Part shown: piece by piece, positions 26,027 to 36,025 of the stretch
Position numbering within the stretch: the stretch's first letter is position 1
How the letters are laid out: every line of letters starts with the position of its first letter
NCBI GenBank assembly: GCA_011049715.1
Contig: DRHF01000057.1
Coordinates: forward strand, 797 to 64,796
Length of the DNA stretch: 64,000 nucleotides
Origin: Desulfobacterales bacterium
GTDB taxonomy: Bacteria > Desulfobacterota > Desulfobacteria > Desulfobacterales > UBA2156
Direction of reading: 5' to 3'
Position numbers and translations under genes: made by a program
The notes under the pieces: model-generated
Told to the model about the DNA's origin: nothing
Databases searched by the model: none
What the model saw: only the letters and a program-made list of their open reading frames with translations

Positions 26027-27040
26027 TTACTCAAACTGGCTGTTGGTAACAACATCCGGAATCTCGCCAAAACCGAGATGAGCAAATTCCCCTTCTTCAG
26101 GCTGATACGGCCGCCACCCGGCGGCCAGAATGACGGCACCGAACAATTCGCCGTCAGGGTCAATTGTCAAGATATCCCGTCTGCCTTTATTGTATTCCAG
26201 GAACCTTTCATGGACTTTTTCGGCATCAAGCTCTTTGCCGTTTTCATCAAACTTCATTTCATCCGGCAATGGAAAAGGAACATCAAATTCTATCTTTTCA
26301 CCGGGTTTTTTAAATGTCACGGTAAATGCGCCCGGTTGACCGGCAATCCGCGCAACCACAGTATCGGTTTTGACTGTTATTCTGGAATAGTTTTTGAGTT
26401 CTTCTATCTTGGATTCGATGGTTGGCGGAATCAGGCTGTCAAATACGTAAGGTCCCGGCAACTGCTTGCGCCATCTTTTGGCATGGCCTCCCAATGCAGA
26501 CTCCTTTTCGACGATTGTCACATCATAACCCAACTTTGCCGCATCGATGGCCGCTGTGATTCCGGTGATGCCGCCGCCGATAACCAGTATTTTTCGGCTG
26601 AGCGTTTCAAGTTTATAAGGCTCGGGCAGATCAATTTTTTCTACTTTGGCCATGCCCATTCTCAGATAATCTTCTGCCATCATTTGAACGTGATCAATGA
26701 ACTCTTCATCGTCTTTTTGTTCTTCGGTGGGCGCCGGATATTTTGTCCTGGGATGGGACCAGACCACCTGTTCTCTCAGATTTACCCGATCGACTATACA
26801 GCCGTCAAACCGGAAGACATCATAAAGTACCCGGCGCGAACAGGCTGCTATCACCAAGGTATTGACGCTTTCGTCAGCGATATCCTTATTGAGGATCTCA
26901 AGGCCTTCTATACTGCACAGAATCGGGGAAGTTTTCACCGAAAACCCTTTTTCTTTAGGCACCTCGATCAGCTTTTCAATATCGAGGGCTTCACCGATCC
27001 CACAACCTTCGCAGATATAAACACCATACTTTTTGTCCAT
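26027..27040 (-). CDS. qmoB: QmoB, N-terminal HdrA-like FAD domain, ended by an in-frame TAA
   Basis: 337 aa. CEGCGIGE N-terminus, FAD fold ILVIGGGITGITAA. Ends ...VVTNSQFE-TAA(26027-26029), and the same frame continues IAHSGKIVRPSDGK.... Confidence 0.85.
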   Translation of the reverse strand: MDKKYGVYICEGCGIGEALDIEKLIEVPKEKGFSVKTSPILCSIEGLEILNKDIADESVNTLVIAACSRRVLYDVFRFDGCIVDRVNLREQVVWSHPRTKYPAPTEEQKDDEEFIDHVQMMAEDYLRMGMAKVEKIDLPEPYKLETLSRKILVIGGGITGITAAIDAAKLGYDVTIVEKESALGGHAKRWRKQLPGPYVFDSLIPPTIESKIEELKNYSRITVKTDTVVARIAGQPGAFTVTFKKPGEKIEFDVPFPLPDEMKFDENGKELDAEKVHERFLEYNKGRRDILTIDPDGELFGAVILAAGWRPYQPEEGEFAHLGFGEIPDVVTNSQFE

Positions 27041-27050
27041 GTTTATCTTC

Positions 27051-28328
27051 CTAACGATTCATCAGGGTCTGAATAGCCTTTAGGGCAATACCGGTGGCAT
27101 TCTGGTTTGATGAAAACACATCTCTTGGTTTGTTGGCGCATCCCGCAGCAAACATTCCGCCTTTTTCAAAATCATTCATGATGAAACCGTCCTCGGTATA
27201 ATTCAAATCAGCGGCAGGCTTAGCAGCAGCGGCTGTTGGTTGTATCCCGGTGGCCAGTACCGCCATTTCCACCGTCTGTTCGATCTTTTCAGCGGTTATG
27301 GCATTCTCGGCAACCACTGTGATATCTTTGGTCTCCGGATCTTCACTCACTTGGGCCACCTTCCCTTTAATAAAAAAGACATTTTCATCTGTTTTGATTT
27401 TGCTGTAAAATTTTTCATACCGCTGACCCGGCGCCCTGACGTCGATATAGAATATATAAACCTTGGCATCCGGATACCTTTCTCTGATATATGTCGTATG
27501 TTTCAAGGAAGCCATACAGCAGATATACGAACAATACGGCAAGTAATTCTCGTCCCTTGAGCCCGCGCATTGAACAAAGGCCACACTTTGCGGTGCTTTA
27601 TCATCCGAAGGCCGCAGAATCTTTCCGGCAGTCGGCCCGTTTGGCGATGCCATCCGTTCCAGCATCATGTTGGTCACAACATTCGGATATGTCCCAAACC
27701 CGAGATTGTTTATCTTCTTTGCATCGTACGGCTCCCATCCTGTTGCCCAGACAATGGCGCCAACTTTCAAGCGGATTGTCTTTGCCTGCATTTCAAGATC
27801 AATCGCATCGTATTTGCAGGCTTTCCAACATCGCTTGGCATCCTCGGTTCCGATGATCAGGGGAGAAAGCGCATATCGGGCGGGAAAAGCCATCTCAAAG
27901 GGAAGATAAGCCCCCTTCATCTTGTTCATGCCGAAATTGAAATCATTGGGGATTTCTGTTTCACATGCAGTGGCGCATTCGCCACAGCAGGTACAGTTTT
28001 CATTTACATATCTGGGAGTTAGCCTTACCGAAACATCATAGTTTCCGGGTGCGCCGTCAACACGTTCAATTTCACCCAAGGTAAAAACCTTTATCCGTGG
28101 ATTGTCCTTAATTCTCCTAAAATTTATCTCAAGGCCGCAAGTCGGGGGACACAACTTGGGAAAGTATTGATTCAACTGCGAAACTCTTCCACCCAGATAA
28201 GGATTTTTTTCAACCAAAAAGACTTCATATCCAACTTCAGCCGCTTCGAGGGTTGTGGTCAAACCGCTGATCCCTCCGCCGACAACCAAGATACTGCCAT
28301 TGGCAGAAAGTATGTTCCCTTCTGTCAT
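27051..28328 (-). CDS. qmoA: quinone-interacting membrane-bound oxidoreductase subunit A (HdrA-like flavoprotein)
   Basis: 425 aa. ILVVGGGISGLTTT FAD fold. VVTNMMLERMASPNGPTAGKILRPSD HdrA-type block. Confidence 0.9.
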   Translation of the reverse strand: MTEGNILSANGSILVVGGGISGLTTTLEAAEVGYEVFLVEKNPYLGGRVSQLNQYFPKLCPPTCGLEINFRRIKDNPRIKVFTLGEIERVDGAPGNYDVSVRLTPRYVNENCTCCGECATACETEIPNDFNFGMNKMKGAYLPFEMAFPARYALSPLIIGTEDAKRCWKACKYDAIDLEMQAKTIRLKVGAIVWATGWEPYDAKKINNLGFGTYPNVVTNMMLERMASPNGPTAGKILRPSDDKAPQSVAFVQCAGSRDENYLPYCSYICCMASLKHTTYIRERYPDAKVYIFYIDVRAPGQRYEKFYSKIKTDENVFFIKGKVAQVSEDPETKDITVVAENAITAEKIEQTVEMAVLATGIQPTAAAAKPAADLNYTEDGFIMNDFEKGGMFAAGCANKPRDVFSSNQNATGIALKAIQTLMNR

Positions 28329-28397
28329 CGCGATCCCTCCATGTGATAACGAGTAACATCTAAACGAGTTTTGACTCGATTAGCGTAACACCTCGCT

Positions 28398-28437
28398 TAA
28401 TAAAAACCTCCAAAAGTCAAAGGACACCTGGAGGTTT
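28398..28437 (-). terminator. intrinsic-terminator-like hairpin between aprA and qmoA
   Basis: Minus strand: AAACCTCCA-(16 nt)-TGGAGGTTT followed by TTATTAAG (U-rich), starting about 28 nt after the aprA stop. Confidence 0.6.
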
Positions 28438-28464
28438 ATCATGATTTACGCACTCTCGTGGATT

Positions 28465-30444
28465 TTAGTCCGAAATGATTTTGATGTAATCTTTTTTAAA
28501 AACATCCCACTTTCCGGTTTTCGGATCATACTTGGAGTTGCTGAAACAGAACCAGTTCTCGTCATCCGTGTTCGGATAGTCCATCTGATAATAGAATCCA
28601 GGATAACGGGTTTCCTTACGGAACTGGATATGACGTAGATGGGATTCAACGGTCCAGATACGGTGATAGATTTCCCATGCCCTCATCAGTTCGTGGAGGT
28701 CGCCGGCCGCCAGTTTCTCGCAGTCCTCCCGCATGCAGTGCAGGAGTTCCATGACGATCTCAAGATTTTTATTGTTGGTTGTATAGAATGTCGCCGTACC
28801 GGCGCCATACTCATTGGTGGCCTTCATCATGCGATACATCATCCCGTTGGGTTTGATGTAGTTGGGGTTAATGTCATCCGCCGTGGTGTACTCACAATGA
28901 TCAAGGTATACTCTGACCGGCCTATAGATCAAATCCACCAGTTCTTGACTGGTTTGATTAATACTCGGCGTGAAGTCGGCATGATCACGGGCGTATCTAA
29001 CCATTGATTTACCAGCCAGCCTTCCTTCGGTATGGGATCCGGAAGAAAACTTATGGCCCGAACAGCCCACACCATCTCCGGCCGTAAACAGTCCATTGAC
29101 CGTCGTCATACGGTTGTAAATCTTGCCGTTGTCTGCTTTGACCTTGTAAGCATCCGGGACCCAGTCATAGTCCGGCCCGGAAACCCAGAAGCCACAGCAG
29201 CCGGAATGGGATCCAAGCAGGTAGGGTTCTGTAGGCATCACTTCGGAATTCTTATTCTCCGGCTCGGTGTTGGTTGCACACCAGAGATTGGCCTGGCCGC
29301 AGGTCATGTCTAGAAAATCTTCCCAGGCTTCCGACTCTATATGCCTGAGCTCTCTCTTACTCAAACCCTCGCCCAGCTTTGCCATTGCTGAAACCGTATC
29401 CATTATGATGGGACCGCGACCTTCTTGCATTTCGAAAAGCATAAGGTGGTTTCGCAGACACGTTGGCGTGATGGCTGCGGTTCCATAAGGCGCATACTTT
29501 TCAAGTTCGGCCTTGGCGGCATCACTCTCCACATAAGACTCGCCCAGACCGTTGAGTGCCTTGGCCTTGAACAGCAGGAACCATGCCCCCACCGGCCCGT
29601 ATCCGTCTTTAAAACGGGCCGGGGTGAAACGGTTTTCCATCATGGAAAGCTCGGCCCCCACTTTCATCCCCAGGGTATAGGTGGAGCCGGAGTTCCATAC
29701 CGGATACCAGGCACGGCCCTTGCCCTCACCCACTGATCTGGGCTGATAGATGTTTACCGCGCCGCCGCAGGCAATAAGCATGCTTTTACATTTGATGATG
29801 TAAACCTTGTTTTCACGGACGGAAAAACCGACGGCGCCGGCGATTTGATTCTCCTTGTCGGCATCTAGGAGAAGCTCAACAATGAAAACACGTTCTAAAA
29901 TGTTATCTTCCCCGATGGAAAGCTTGGCCGCTTCTGCGACAATCCGTTTGTAGGACTCACCGTTGATCATGATTTGCCACTTGCCCGTGCGAACAGGGGC
30001 GGCGCCGGATTTTAGTGTTCCCATTGACTGGCCTTTTTTACCATCCAGATTTTTCCCCTCTTGAGTTTTTTTCCAGATCGGAAGCCCCCATTCCTCAAAC
30101 AGATGGACAGAATCATCGACATGACAACCCAGATCAAAGATCAGGTCTTCACGAACGATGCCCATCAGGTCGTTTCGAACCATTCGCACGTAATCGTCAG
30201 GCGTATTATCGCCAATATAGGTGTTGATAGCGGAAAGACCCTGGGCAACCGCACCGCTTCTCTCCATGGCGGCTTTATCAACAATCAGGATCGTCTGGTC
30301 ATCAGACATCCATTTCCTGACTTCAAAAGCAGCACCACAGGCAGCCATCCCTCCACCCACGATCAGCATATCGACCTCACGCTCCTCAACTTCGGGATCT
30401 CTCACAGTCTTGGTTTCGCCTTTTGGTCTATTTGGTAATGTCAT
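28465..30444 (-). CDS. aprA: adenylylsulfate (APS) reductase alpha subunit
   Basis: 659 aa. FAD fold DMLIVGGGMAACGAAFE, fumarate-reductase-like flavoprotein, directly downstream of aprB. Confidence 0.95.
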   Translation of the reverse strand: MTLPNRPKGETKTVRDPEVEEREVDMLIVGGGMAACGAAFEVRKWMSDDQTILIVDKAAMERSGAVAQGLSAINTYIGDNTPDDYVRMVRNDLMGIVREDLIFDLGCHVDDSVHLFEEWGLPIWKKTQEGKNLDGKKGQSMGTLKSGAAPVRTGKWQIMINGESYKRIVAEAAKLSIGEDNILERVFIVELLLDADKENQIAGAVGFSVRENKVYIIKCKSMLIACGGAVNIYQPRSVGEGKGRAWYPVWNSGSTYTLGMKVGAELSMMENRFTPARFKDGYGPVGAWFLLFKAKALNGLGESYVESDAAKAELEKYAPYGTAAITPTCLRNHLMLFEMQEGRGPIIMDTVSAMAKLGEGLSKRELRHIESEAWEDFLDMTCGQANLWCATNTEPENKNSEVMPTEPYLLGSHSGCCGFWVSGPDYDWVPDAYKVKADNGKIYNRMTTVNGLFTAGDGVGCSGHKFSSGSHTEGRLAGKSMVRYARDHADFTPSINQTSQELVDLIYRPVRVYLDHCEYTTADDINPNYIKPNGMMYRMMKATNEYGAGTATFYTTNNKNLEIVMELLHCMREDCEKLAAGDLHELMRAWEIYHRIWTVESHLRHIQFRKETRYPGFYYQMDYPNTDDENWFCFSNSKYDPKTGKWDVFKKDYIKIISD

Positions 30445-30512
30445 ATTACATCCTCCTTGAACAATATTTCATGCTTCAGCTCTCGACTACTTCAAAACAC
30501 AGCTTGATCGAA

Positions 30513-30950
30513 TTAAACCGTTGCAGCAGGCTTTGGGATTTCATATCCATCTGCCTCTTCTGTGGAAAGCAAACCACTCTCGAGGTCTTTTCCCTTCAGG
30601 TCCTGATAGGCGTTGGCGGTGCCTTCAGGTGTTGTCCGTATGGGGAACTTAAAACGTTTGATGTTTCCGTTCCTGAATTTGCAGGTCCACATGACGTCTT
30701 CTGTACCCAACATCGGCATGATGCTGCTTCCAAGCGGCACAAAGTCGGAATAACCCCTCACCTCGATGGCCTGGGTGGGACAGATTTTTACGCATGAAAA
30801 ACATTCCCAGCACTGATCAGGCTCTTGATTGTATGCCTTCATGGTATTGGCCTCAAGCACCATCAGATCGTTGGGGCAAATGTACATGCAAGCTGTCTTG
30901 TCTCCGCCTTTGCACCCGTCACATTTTTCATCGATCACAAAACTTGGCAT
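30513..30950 (-). CDS. aprB: adenylylsulfate (APS) reductase beta subunit
   Basis: 145 aa. MPSFVIDEKCDGCKGGDKTACMYICPNDLM and CWECFSCVKICP, the two [4Fe-4S] motifs typical of AprB. Confidence 0.95.
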   Translation of the reverse strand: MPSFVIDEKCDGCKGGDKTACMYICPNDLMVLEANTMKAYNQEPDQCWECFSCVKICPTQAIEVRGYSDFVPLGSSIMPMLGTEDVMWTCKFRNGNIKRFKFPIRTTPEGTANAYQDLKGKDLESGLLSTEEADGYEIPKPAATV

Positions 30951-31448
30951 TTATAATACCTCCTAATTTTTATAAACCGATTCCATATTGGATCTATCAT
31001 TAATGAAATCGGTCTGTCAGTATATCGGATTTTTTCTTGTCGGGAGAGGAAAAAGCCATTCATACTCACTGTCCATGTCCATGGAATCAGATAGCACCCA
31101 ACATTTTACATGTCAAGCGCTTTTGGGCCGGCAACTCACCACTTTTACAGGCAATTACATTCCCCTACATTGTAACCTTTTTTCACTTGACACACCAGGT
31201 GATCTTTTTTATTCTTCCAGACGGAAAAAGGGAATTCTTATCACTGGTCATTGGTCTGCTCCCTATCCCTCCTCAACTTGGGCCACCTTTGATTTTAACT
31301 CCATTTGGCGCCTGGAAGAGGTGCGGGACACTGCAGAAACCGGCGCCAATTTGGCTTCTTAATATTTTTCAATTGATCAACGACATATTTTCTGATTCCA
31401 TTCGAGGGTGAATAAGGCGTCTAATAACAAAACCAAAGGAGGATTTCA

Positions 31449-33026
31449 ATGCGCACAAAAACATTATTGATGGTACTCGTGTTGTCGGTTGTCTTAGCGC
31501 TGCCGGCTTGGGCAAAAACGCTCAGATTCGCCTTCCAGGGCGACGCCAAATCCATGGATCCTTACAGCTTGAACGAAACATTTCAATTGGGATTCTTGAA
31601 TAACATTTATGAAGGACTGATCCAGCGTGCGCCCAATCTTGATATTAAACCGTCCTTAGCTGAAAGCTGGGAAGTGATGGAGCCGACACGTTGGCGTTTT
31701 TACTTGCGAAAAGGCGTAAAATTTCATGACGGCAGTCCGTTTACGGCAGATGATGTGATATTTTCAGCAACCCGGGTCCGTGCAAAAGGTTCAGACTTAA
31801 AGACAAGGATTGCCGCCGACACCAAGGTCGTCAAGGTGGATGACTACACGGTCGATTTCATCACATCGGCGCCAAATCCGATTCTTTATGTGGAATGGGG
31901 CACCTGGTACATCATGTCAAAAAGCTGGACGGAAAAGAATAACGCCGTGACTCCGGAATCTGCCACAGGGGAGGATGAAAATTACGCCACGCGTCATGCC
32001 AACGGTACCGGACCCTTCAAATTGGTCAGCCACGAAGCAGGAGTGAAAACCGTGAGTGAGGTCAATCCGGACTGGTGGGATAAGGCAAATCATAATGTCA
32101 CTAAAATCATCTTTACACAGGTTAGCAATGATGCCACCCGCGTGGCGGCACTGTTGTCAGGACAGGTCGATATGGCTTATCCGATCCCGGTGCAGGACAT
32201 GAAGCGTGTCGATGGTAATGCGGACAGCCGCATGCTCGTCGGACCGGAGCTGCGCACAATTTTTCTGGGAATGGATCAGTATCGTGATGAATTGCTCCAT
32301 TCCAGTGTCAAAGGCAAAAACCCGTTTAAAGACAAACGGGTCCGTCAAGCCTTTTTTCAAGCCATCGATATTGAAGCCATCAAGAAGAAGATCATGCGCG
32401 GATTGTCAGAACCCTCTGCGATGATGATTGCTCCGGGCGTAAATGGTGGTGGAAACCCGAAATTCAAGCGGCTCCCCTATGATCCGGCCGCATCCAAGAA
32501 GCTTCTTGCAGAGGCGGGTTATCCCAACGGGTTTGAAGTGGGCATGGATTGTCCCAACGATCGCTACGTCAATGACGAGGCAATTTGTTTGGCCGTGGTT
32601 TCCATGATGGCAAAGGTGGGGATAAAAGTGAACTTGCTGGCACAACCCAAAGCCAAATACTTCCCGAAAGTATTGGCGCCCAAGCTCGACACCAGTTTCT
32701 ACCTTCTGGGCTGGACCCCAGGCAGCATCGATTCATGGAATGTGATCTACAATATACATGGTTGCCCCTCCGATACCGGTTCAGGCAAGTTCAATTTGGG
32801 GCGCTATTGCAATCCCAAAGTCGACGCTTTGGCAGTTAAAATCTTAAGCGAAACCGATCAGGCCAAACGCAATGCGATGATTGAAGAAGCATGGACGATG
32901 ACGATCAACGACATCTCCTATATCCCCCTCCATCAACAGGCATTGGCCTGGGGAGTTCGGAACAATGTGGAGCTCAAACAGCGTCCGGATAATCAATTTG
33001 ATTGGCGTCACGTCGTGATCAAGTAG
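31449..33026 (+). CDS. ABC transporter substrate-binding protein, family 5 (peptide/nickel/opine type)
   Basis: 525 aa with a signal peptide and SBP_bac_5-type blocks (LAESWE, FHDGSPFTADDV). SD AAGGAGG. Confidence 0.85.
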   Translation: MRTKTLLMVLVLSVVLALPAWAKTLRFAFQGDAKSMDPYSLNETFQLGFLNNIYEGLIQRAPNLDIKPSLAESWEVMEPTRWRFYLRKGVKFHDGSPFTADDVIFSATRVRAKGSDLKTRIAADTKVVKVDDYTVDFITSAPNPILYVEWGTWYIMSKSWTEKNNAVTPESATGEDENYATRHANGTGPFKLVSHEAGVKTVSEVNPDWWDKANHNVTKIIFTQVSNDATRVAALLSGQVDMAYPIPVQDMKRVDGNADSRMLVGPELRTIFLGMDQYRDELLHSSVKGKNPFKDKRVRQAFFQAIDIEAIKKKIMRGLSEPSAMMIAPGVNGGGNPKFKRLPYDPAASKKLLAEAGYPNGFEVGMDCPNDRYVNDEAICLAVVSMMAKVGIKVNLLAQPKAKYFPKVLAPKLDTSFYLLGWTPGSIDSWNVIYNIHGCPSDTGSGKFNLGRYCNPKVDALAVKILSETDQAKRNAMIEEAWTMTINDISYIPLHQQALAWGVRNNVELKQRPDNQFDWRHVVIK

Positions 33027-33040
33027 CTTAAAGTGATTTA

Positions 33041-33088
33041 AAAAGCCCGGAATTCGGCCCTGTCGAGCGGCATTCCGGGCTTTTTCCC
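33041..33088 (+). terminator. intrinsic terminator/attenuator after the binding-protein gene
   Basis: AAAAGCCCGGAAT (33041-33053) / ATTCCGGGCTTTT (33072-33084), then a T-run. Confidence 0.7.
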
Positions 33089-33118
33089 TTCATTTTCTGA
33101 AAAATTATAACTTTAATA

Positions 33119-34105
33119 ATGCCTGCACTGATCATCCGCCGCATCATCCAGTCGGTTCTCGTTATGCTCACCGTTGCAGTGGTTGCTTTCACATTGTTTC
33201 GTTATGTGGGCGATCCTGTTTCTCAAATGGTTGGACAGGAAACAACCATCGCCGAGCGGGAACAACTCAGAGAAGACTTGGGGCTAAACGACCCGATCAT
33301 CGTTCAGTTTGCGCGTTTTGCCCTCAACACCGTTCAAGGCAAATTCGGCATCTCCTTTGCCCTCGGCCGCCCCGTCAACGAATTGTTTGCCGAGCGGCTC
33401 CCGGCCACTTTGGAATTGAGTTTGGTCGCTGCCTTATTTTCGCTGATAGTCGGGATTCCGATGGGGGTTTACACCGGTCTGTATCCGGATAGGGTTTTAA
33501 GCAAAGTCTTTCAAACGATTTCACTCATCGGCATCTCCTTGCCGACCTTTTTAATCGGGATCTTATTAATTCTTTTCTTTGGCGTCCTCTTGAGTTGGCT
33601 GCCGACCTTCGGTCGGGGGGACGTCATCCAGCTGGGTTGGTGGTCGACCGGGCTGCTGACCGCGAGCGGATTGAAAGCCATTGTTATGCCGGCCTTTACC
33701 CTCGGCATGTTTCAACTTACATTGATCATGCGCCTGGTGCGTTCGGAAATGATGGAGGTGCTGCGGACCGATTATATCAAATTTGCCCGGGCGCGCGGTT
33801 TGACCAATCGAGCGGTTAATTTCGGCCATGCCTTAAAAAATACCTTGGTCCCGGTCATTACCATCACCGGACTTCAACTGGGTTCGATTATTGCCTTTGC
33901 GATCATTACCGAAACCGTGTTTCAATGGCCGGGGATGGGGCTGTTGTTTCTTCAATCGATCCAATTTGCCGATGTCCCGGTGATGTCGACCTATCTCATT
34001 TTGATTGCCTTTTTCTTTGTCGTGATCAATTTGATTGTCGATATTCTCTATCACGTGGTGGACCCGCGTCTGAGATTTGATAAATCCGTGGTATCGAGCC
34101 ATTGA
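33119..34105 (+). CDS. ABC transporter permease (DppB/OppB-like)
   Basis: 328 aa. N-terminal IIRRIIQSVLVMLTV and a BPD_transp_1 core. Confidence 0.85.
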   Translation: MPALIIRRIIQSVLVMLTVAVVAFTLFRYVGDPVSQMVGQETTIAEREQLREDLGLNDPIIVQFARFALNTVQGKFGISFALGRPVNELFAERLPATLELSLVAALFSLIVGIPMGVYTGLYPDRVLSKVFQTISLIGISLPTFLIGILLILFFGVLLSWLPTFGRGDVIQLGWWSTGLLTASGLKAIVMPAFTLGMFQLTLIMRLVRSEMMEVLRTDYIKFARARGLTNRAVNFGHALKNTLVPVITITGLQLGSIIAFAIITETVFQWPGMGLLFLQSIQFADVPVMSTYLILIAFFFVVINLIVDILYHVVDPRLRFDKSVVSSH

Positions 34106-34106
34106 T

Positions 34107-35039
34107 ATGAAAAGTGTAGCGCGTATTCAGGATACCGTTCATCGATTTTTCGATTCCGATATCTGGTACAGTTTTAAAAAATCCAAAGTCACAATTGCAG
34201 CAGCATGTGTCACCGTCATAATGATCTTATCCGCATTTACGGCGCCTTGGATCGCGCCCCATAATACCTTTGATCCGGCCACGCTGGACCTTATGGATGC
34301 TTTCACGCCGCCGGCCTGGTACGAAGACGGAACATCAAAGTTTCTGCTCGGAACCGATGATCAGGGGCGGGATATCTTTTCAACAATCCTCTACGGATCG
34401 CGAATCTCACTGTTTGTCGCTTTTGCCTCCATGTTGCTGGCGATGCTTCTGGGGGTATCTCTTGGTTTGGTCTCCGGTTATCTCGGTGGTGCGATAGAAT
34501 CAATTATCATGCGGATCGCTGATGTGCTGATCAGTTTCCCGGCCATTCTCATTGTCTTGCTGATCAGTGGCGTTGCCCGAAGTGTGCTGCCCAATGTACG
34601 TCATGAAGAAATGGCGGTATGGGTTCTTATTTTTGCCATCGGCATCTCAAACTGGGTTCACTTTGCACGTACGGTGCGCGGTTCGACCATGGTGGAGAAG
34701 AACAAGGAGTATGTACAGGCTGCGCGCGTGATCGGACGCAGGCGCGCCACCATCATGTTCCGTCATATTTTGCCCAATGTGATGGGTCCCGTATTGGTCA
34801 TAGGAACGATCGGGCTGGCGGTTGCGGTCCTAACCGAGGCTACAATATCTTTTTTGGGTGTCGGTGTTCCGCCGACGGAACCCTCCTTGGGAACACTCAT
34901 TCGGATCGGTCAAAGCTTCCTCTTTGCCGGGGAATGGTGGATCGTGATTTTTCCCGGCGTTGCCCTGGCGATTTTAGTCCTGGCTGTCAACCTCCTGGGG
35001 GATTGGATGCGTGATGCCTTGAACCCAAAACTGAGATAA
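34107..35039 (+). CDS. ABC transporter permease (DppC/OppC-like)
   Basis: Track ORF 34077..35039. I chose ATG 34107, just after the upstream stop. LGTDDQGRDIFS block. Confidence 0.85.
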   Translation: MKSVARIQDTVHRFFDSDIWYSFKKSKVTIAAACVTVIMILSAFTAPWIAPHNTFDPATLDLMDAFTPPAWYEDGTSKFLLGTDDQGRDIFSTILYGSRISLFVAFASMLLAMLLGVSLGLVSGYLGGAIESIIMRIADVLISFPAILIVLLISGVARSVLPNVRHEEMAVWVLIFAIGISNWVHFARTVRGSTMVEKNKEYVQAARVIGRRRATIMFRHILPNVMGPVLVIGTIGLAVAVLTEATISFLGVGVPPTEPSLGTLIRIGQSFLFAGEWWIVIFPGVALAILVLAVNLLGDWMRDALNPKLR

Positions 35040-36025
35040 TGACAGAGCCTTTACTGAAAATCGAACATCTTAGAATCGAGTTCAATACCCGCCGTGGTAC
35101 GTTGGTGGCAGTCGACGACATATCATTTGATGTCCGGCCCGGAGAGGTGTTTGGTATCGTTGGAGAATCCGGCGCCGGTAAAACCCTCACAGGATTGGCC
35201 ATTATCGGGCTGCTCGATCCTCCGGGTCGGATCGGTGCAGGTCGTATTTTTTTAAACACCCAGCGCATCGACAAATTGCCGTATCATCAAATGCGCAAAA
35301 TTCGCGGCAAGAAGATCGGCATGATATTTCAGGACCCTCTGACCAGCTTAAACCCTCTTTACTCCGTCGGCAAACAGTTGATTGAAACCATCTTAACCCA
35401 TTCAGAAATGGGCACGCATGAGGCGCGCCAAAGGGCCATCACGCTTTTGGATGAAGTCGGCATTCCGGCTGCCGACAAACGGATCGACCATTATCCCCAT
35501 CAGTTTTCCGGTGGCATGCGCCAGCGGGTGGTCATTGCCCTGGCCCTGTGCGTCAATCCCAGTCTGATCATCGCCGACGAGCCAACCACGGCACTGGATG
35601 TTTCCATCCAGGCCCAGATCATCGCCCTGTTAAAGCGTCTTTGCACAAATCACGATACTGCCGTAATACTGATCACCCATGACATGGGGGTTATCGCCGA
35701 AATTTCCGATCGGGTGGCGGTGATGTATGCGGGGCGACTGGTGGAGATCGGAACTGTACACGACGTCATCAAAACTCCGAAACACCCCTATGCCAAAGGG
35801 TTGATGGGCTCCATTCCGTCGTTGCATACCAGGGCCGATCAGCTCATGCAGATCGAAGGCGCCATGCCGCGGTTGATGGAAATACCACCGGGATGCGCTT
35901 TTCACCCGCGCTGCCCGTACAGCTTTGATCGCTGCCGACAGGAGCGTCCTGACCTAATCGACACCAAACCGTCAAAGGTCGCCTGCTGGCTTTTTAAAAA
36001 TGAGGACGAAAGTGGCAACACCTGA
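35039..36025 (+). CDS. ABC transporter ATP-binding protein (DppD/OppD-like)
   Basis: 328 aa. Walker A GESGAGKT, signature [10 protein letters not shown]-terminal oligopeptide_TM-type CAFHPRCP. Confidence 0.9.
   Translation: MTEPLLKIEHLRIEFNTRRGTLVAVDDISFDVRPGEVFGIVGESGAGKTLTGLAIIGLLDPPGRIGAGRIFLNTQRIDKLPYHQMRKIRGKKIGMIFQDPLTSLNPLYSVGKQLIETILTHSEMGTHEARQRAITLLDEVGIPAADKRIDHYPHQFSGGMRQRVVIALALCVNPSLIIADEPTTALDVSIQAQIIALLKRLCTNHDTAVILITHDMGVIAEISDRVAVMYAGRLVEIGTVHDVIKTPKHPYAKGLMGSIPSLHTRADQLMQIEGAMPRLMEIPPGCAFHPRCPYSFDRCRQERPDLIDTKPSKVACWLFKNEDESGNT

Noticed and set aside
26027-26029. Selenocysteine or pyrrolysine recoding in the HdrA-like QmoB.
   Set aside because: The interrupting codon is TAA, not TGA or TAG. 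TAA is used as a normal stop by other genes in the window (e.g. the thiolase-like gene at 60974-60976).
26018-27076. A long plus-strand ORF (352 aa) and many other 60-150-aa ORFs antisense to sat, qmoABC, aprA, infB (e.g. 49916..50791, 291 aa), pnp and pheT.
   Set aside because: These are shadow ORFs opposite genes with unambiguous family signatures. Their translations are low-complexity or biased, and they have no SD and no recognisable motifs.
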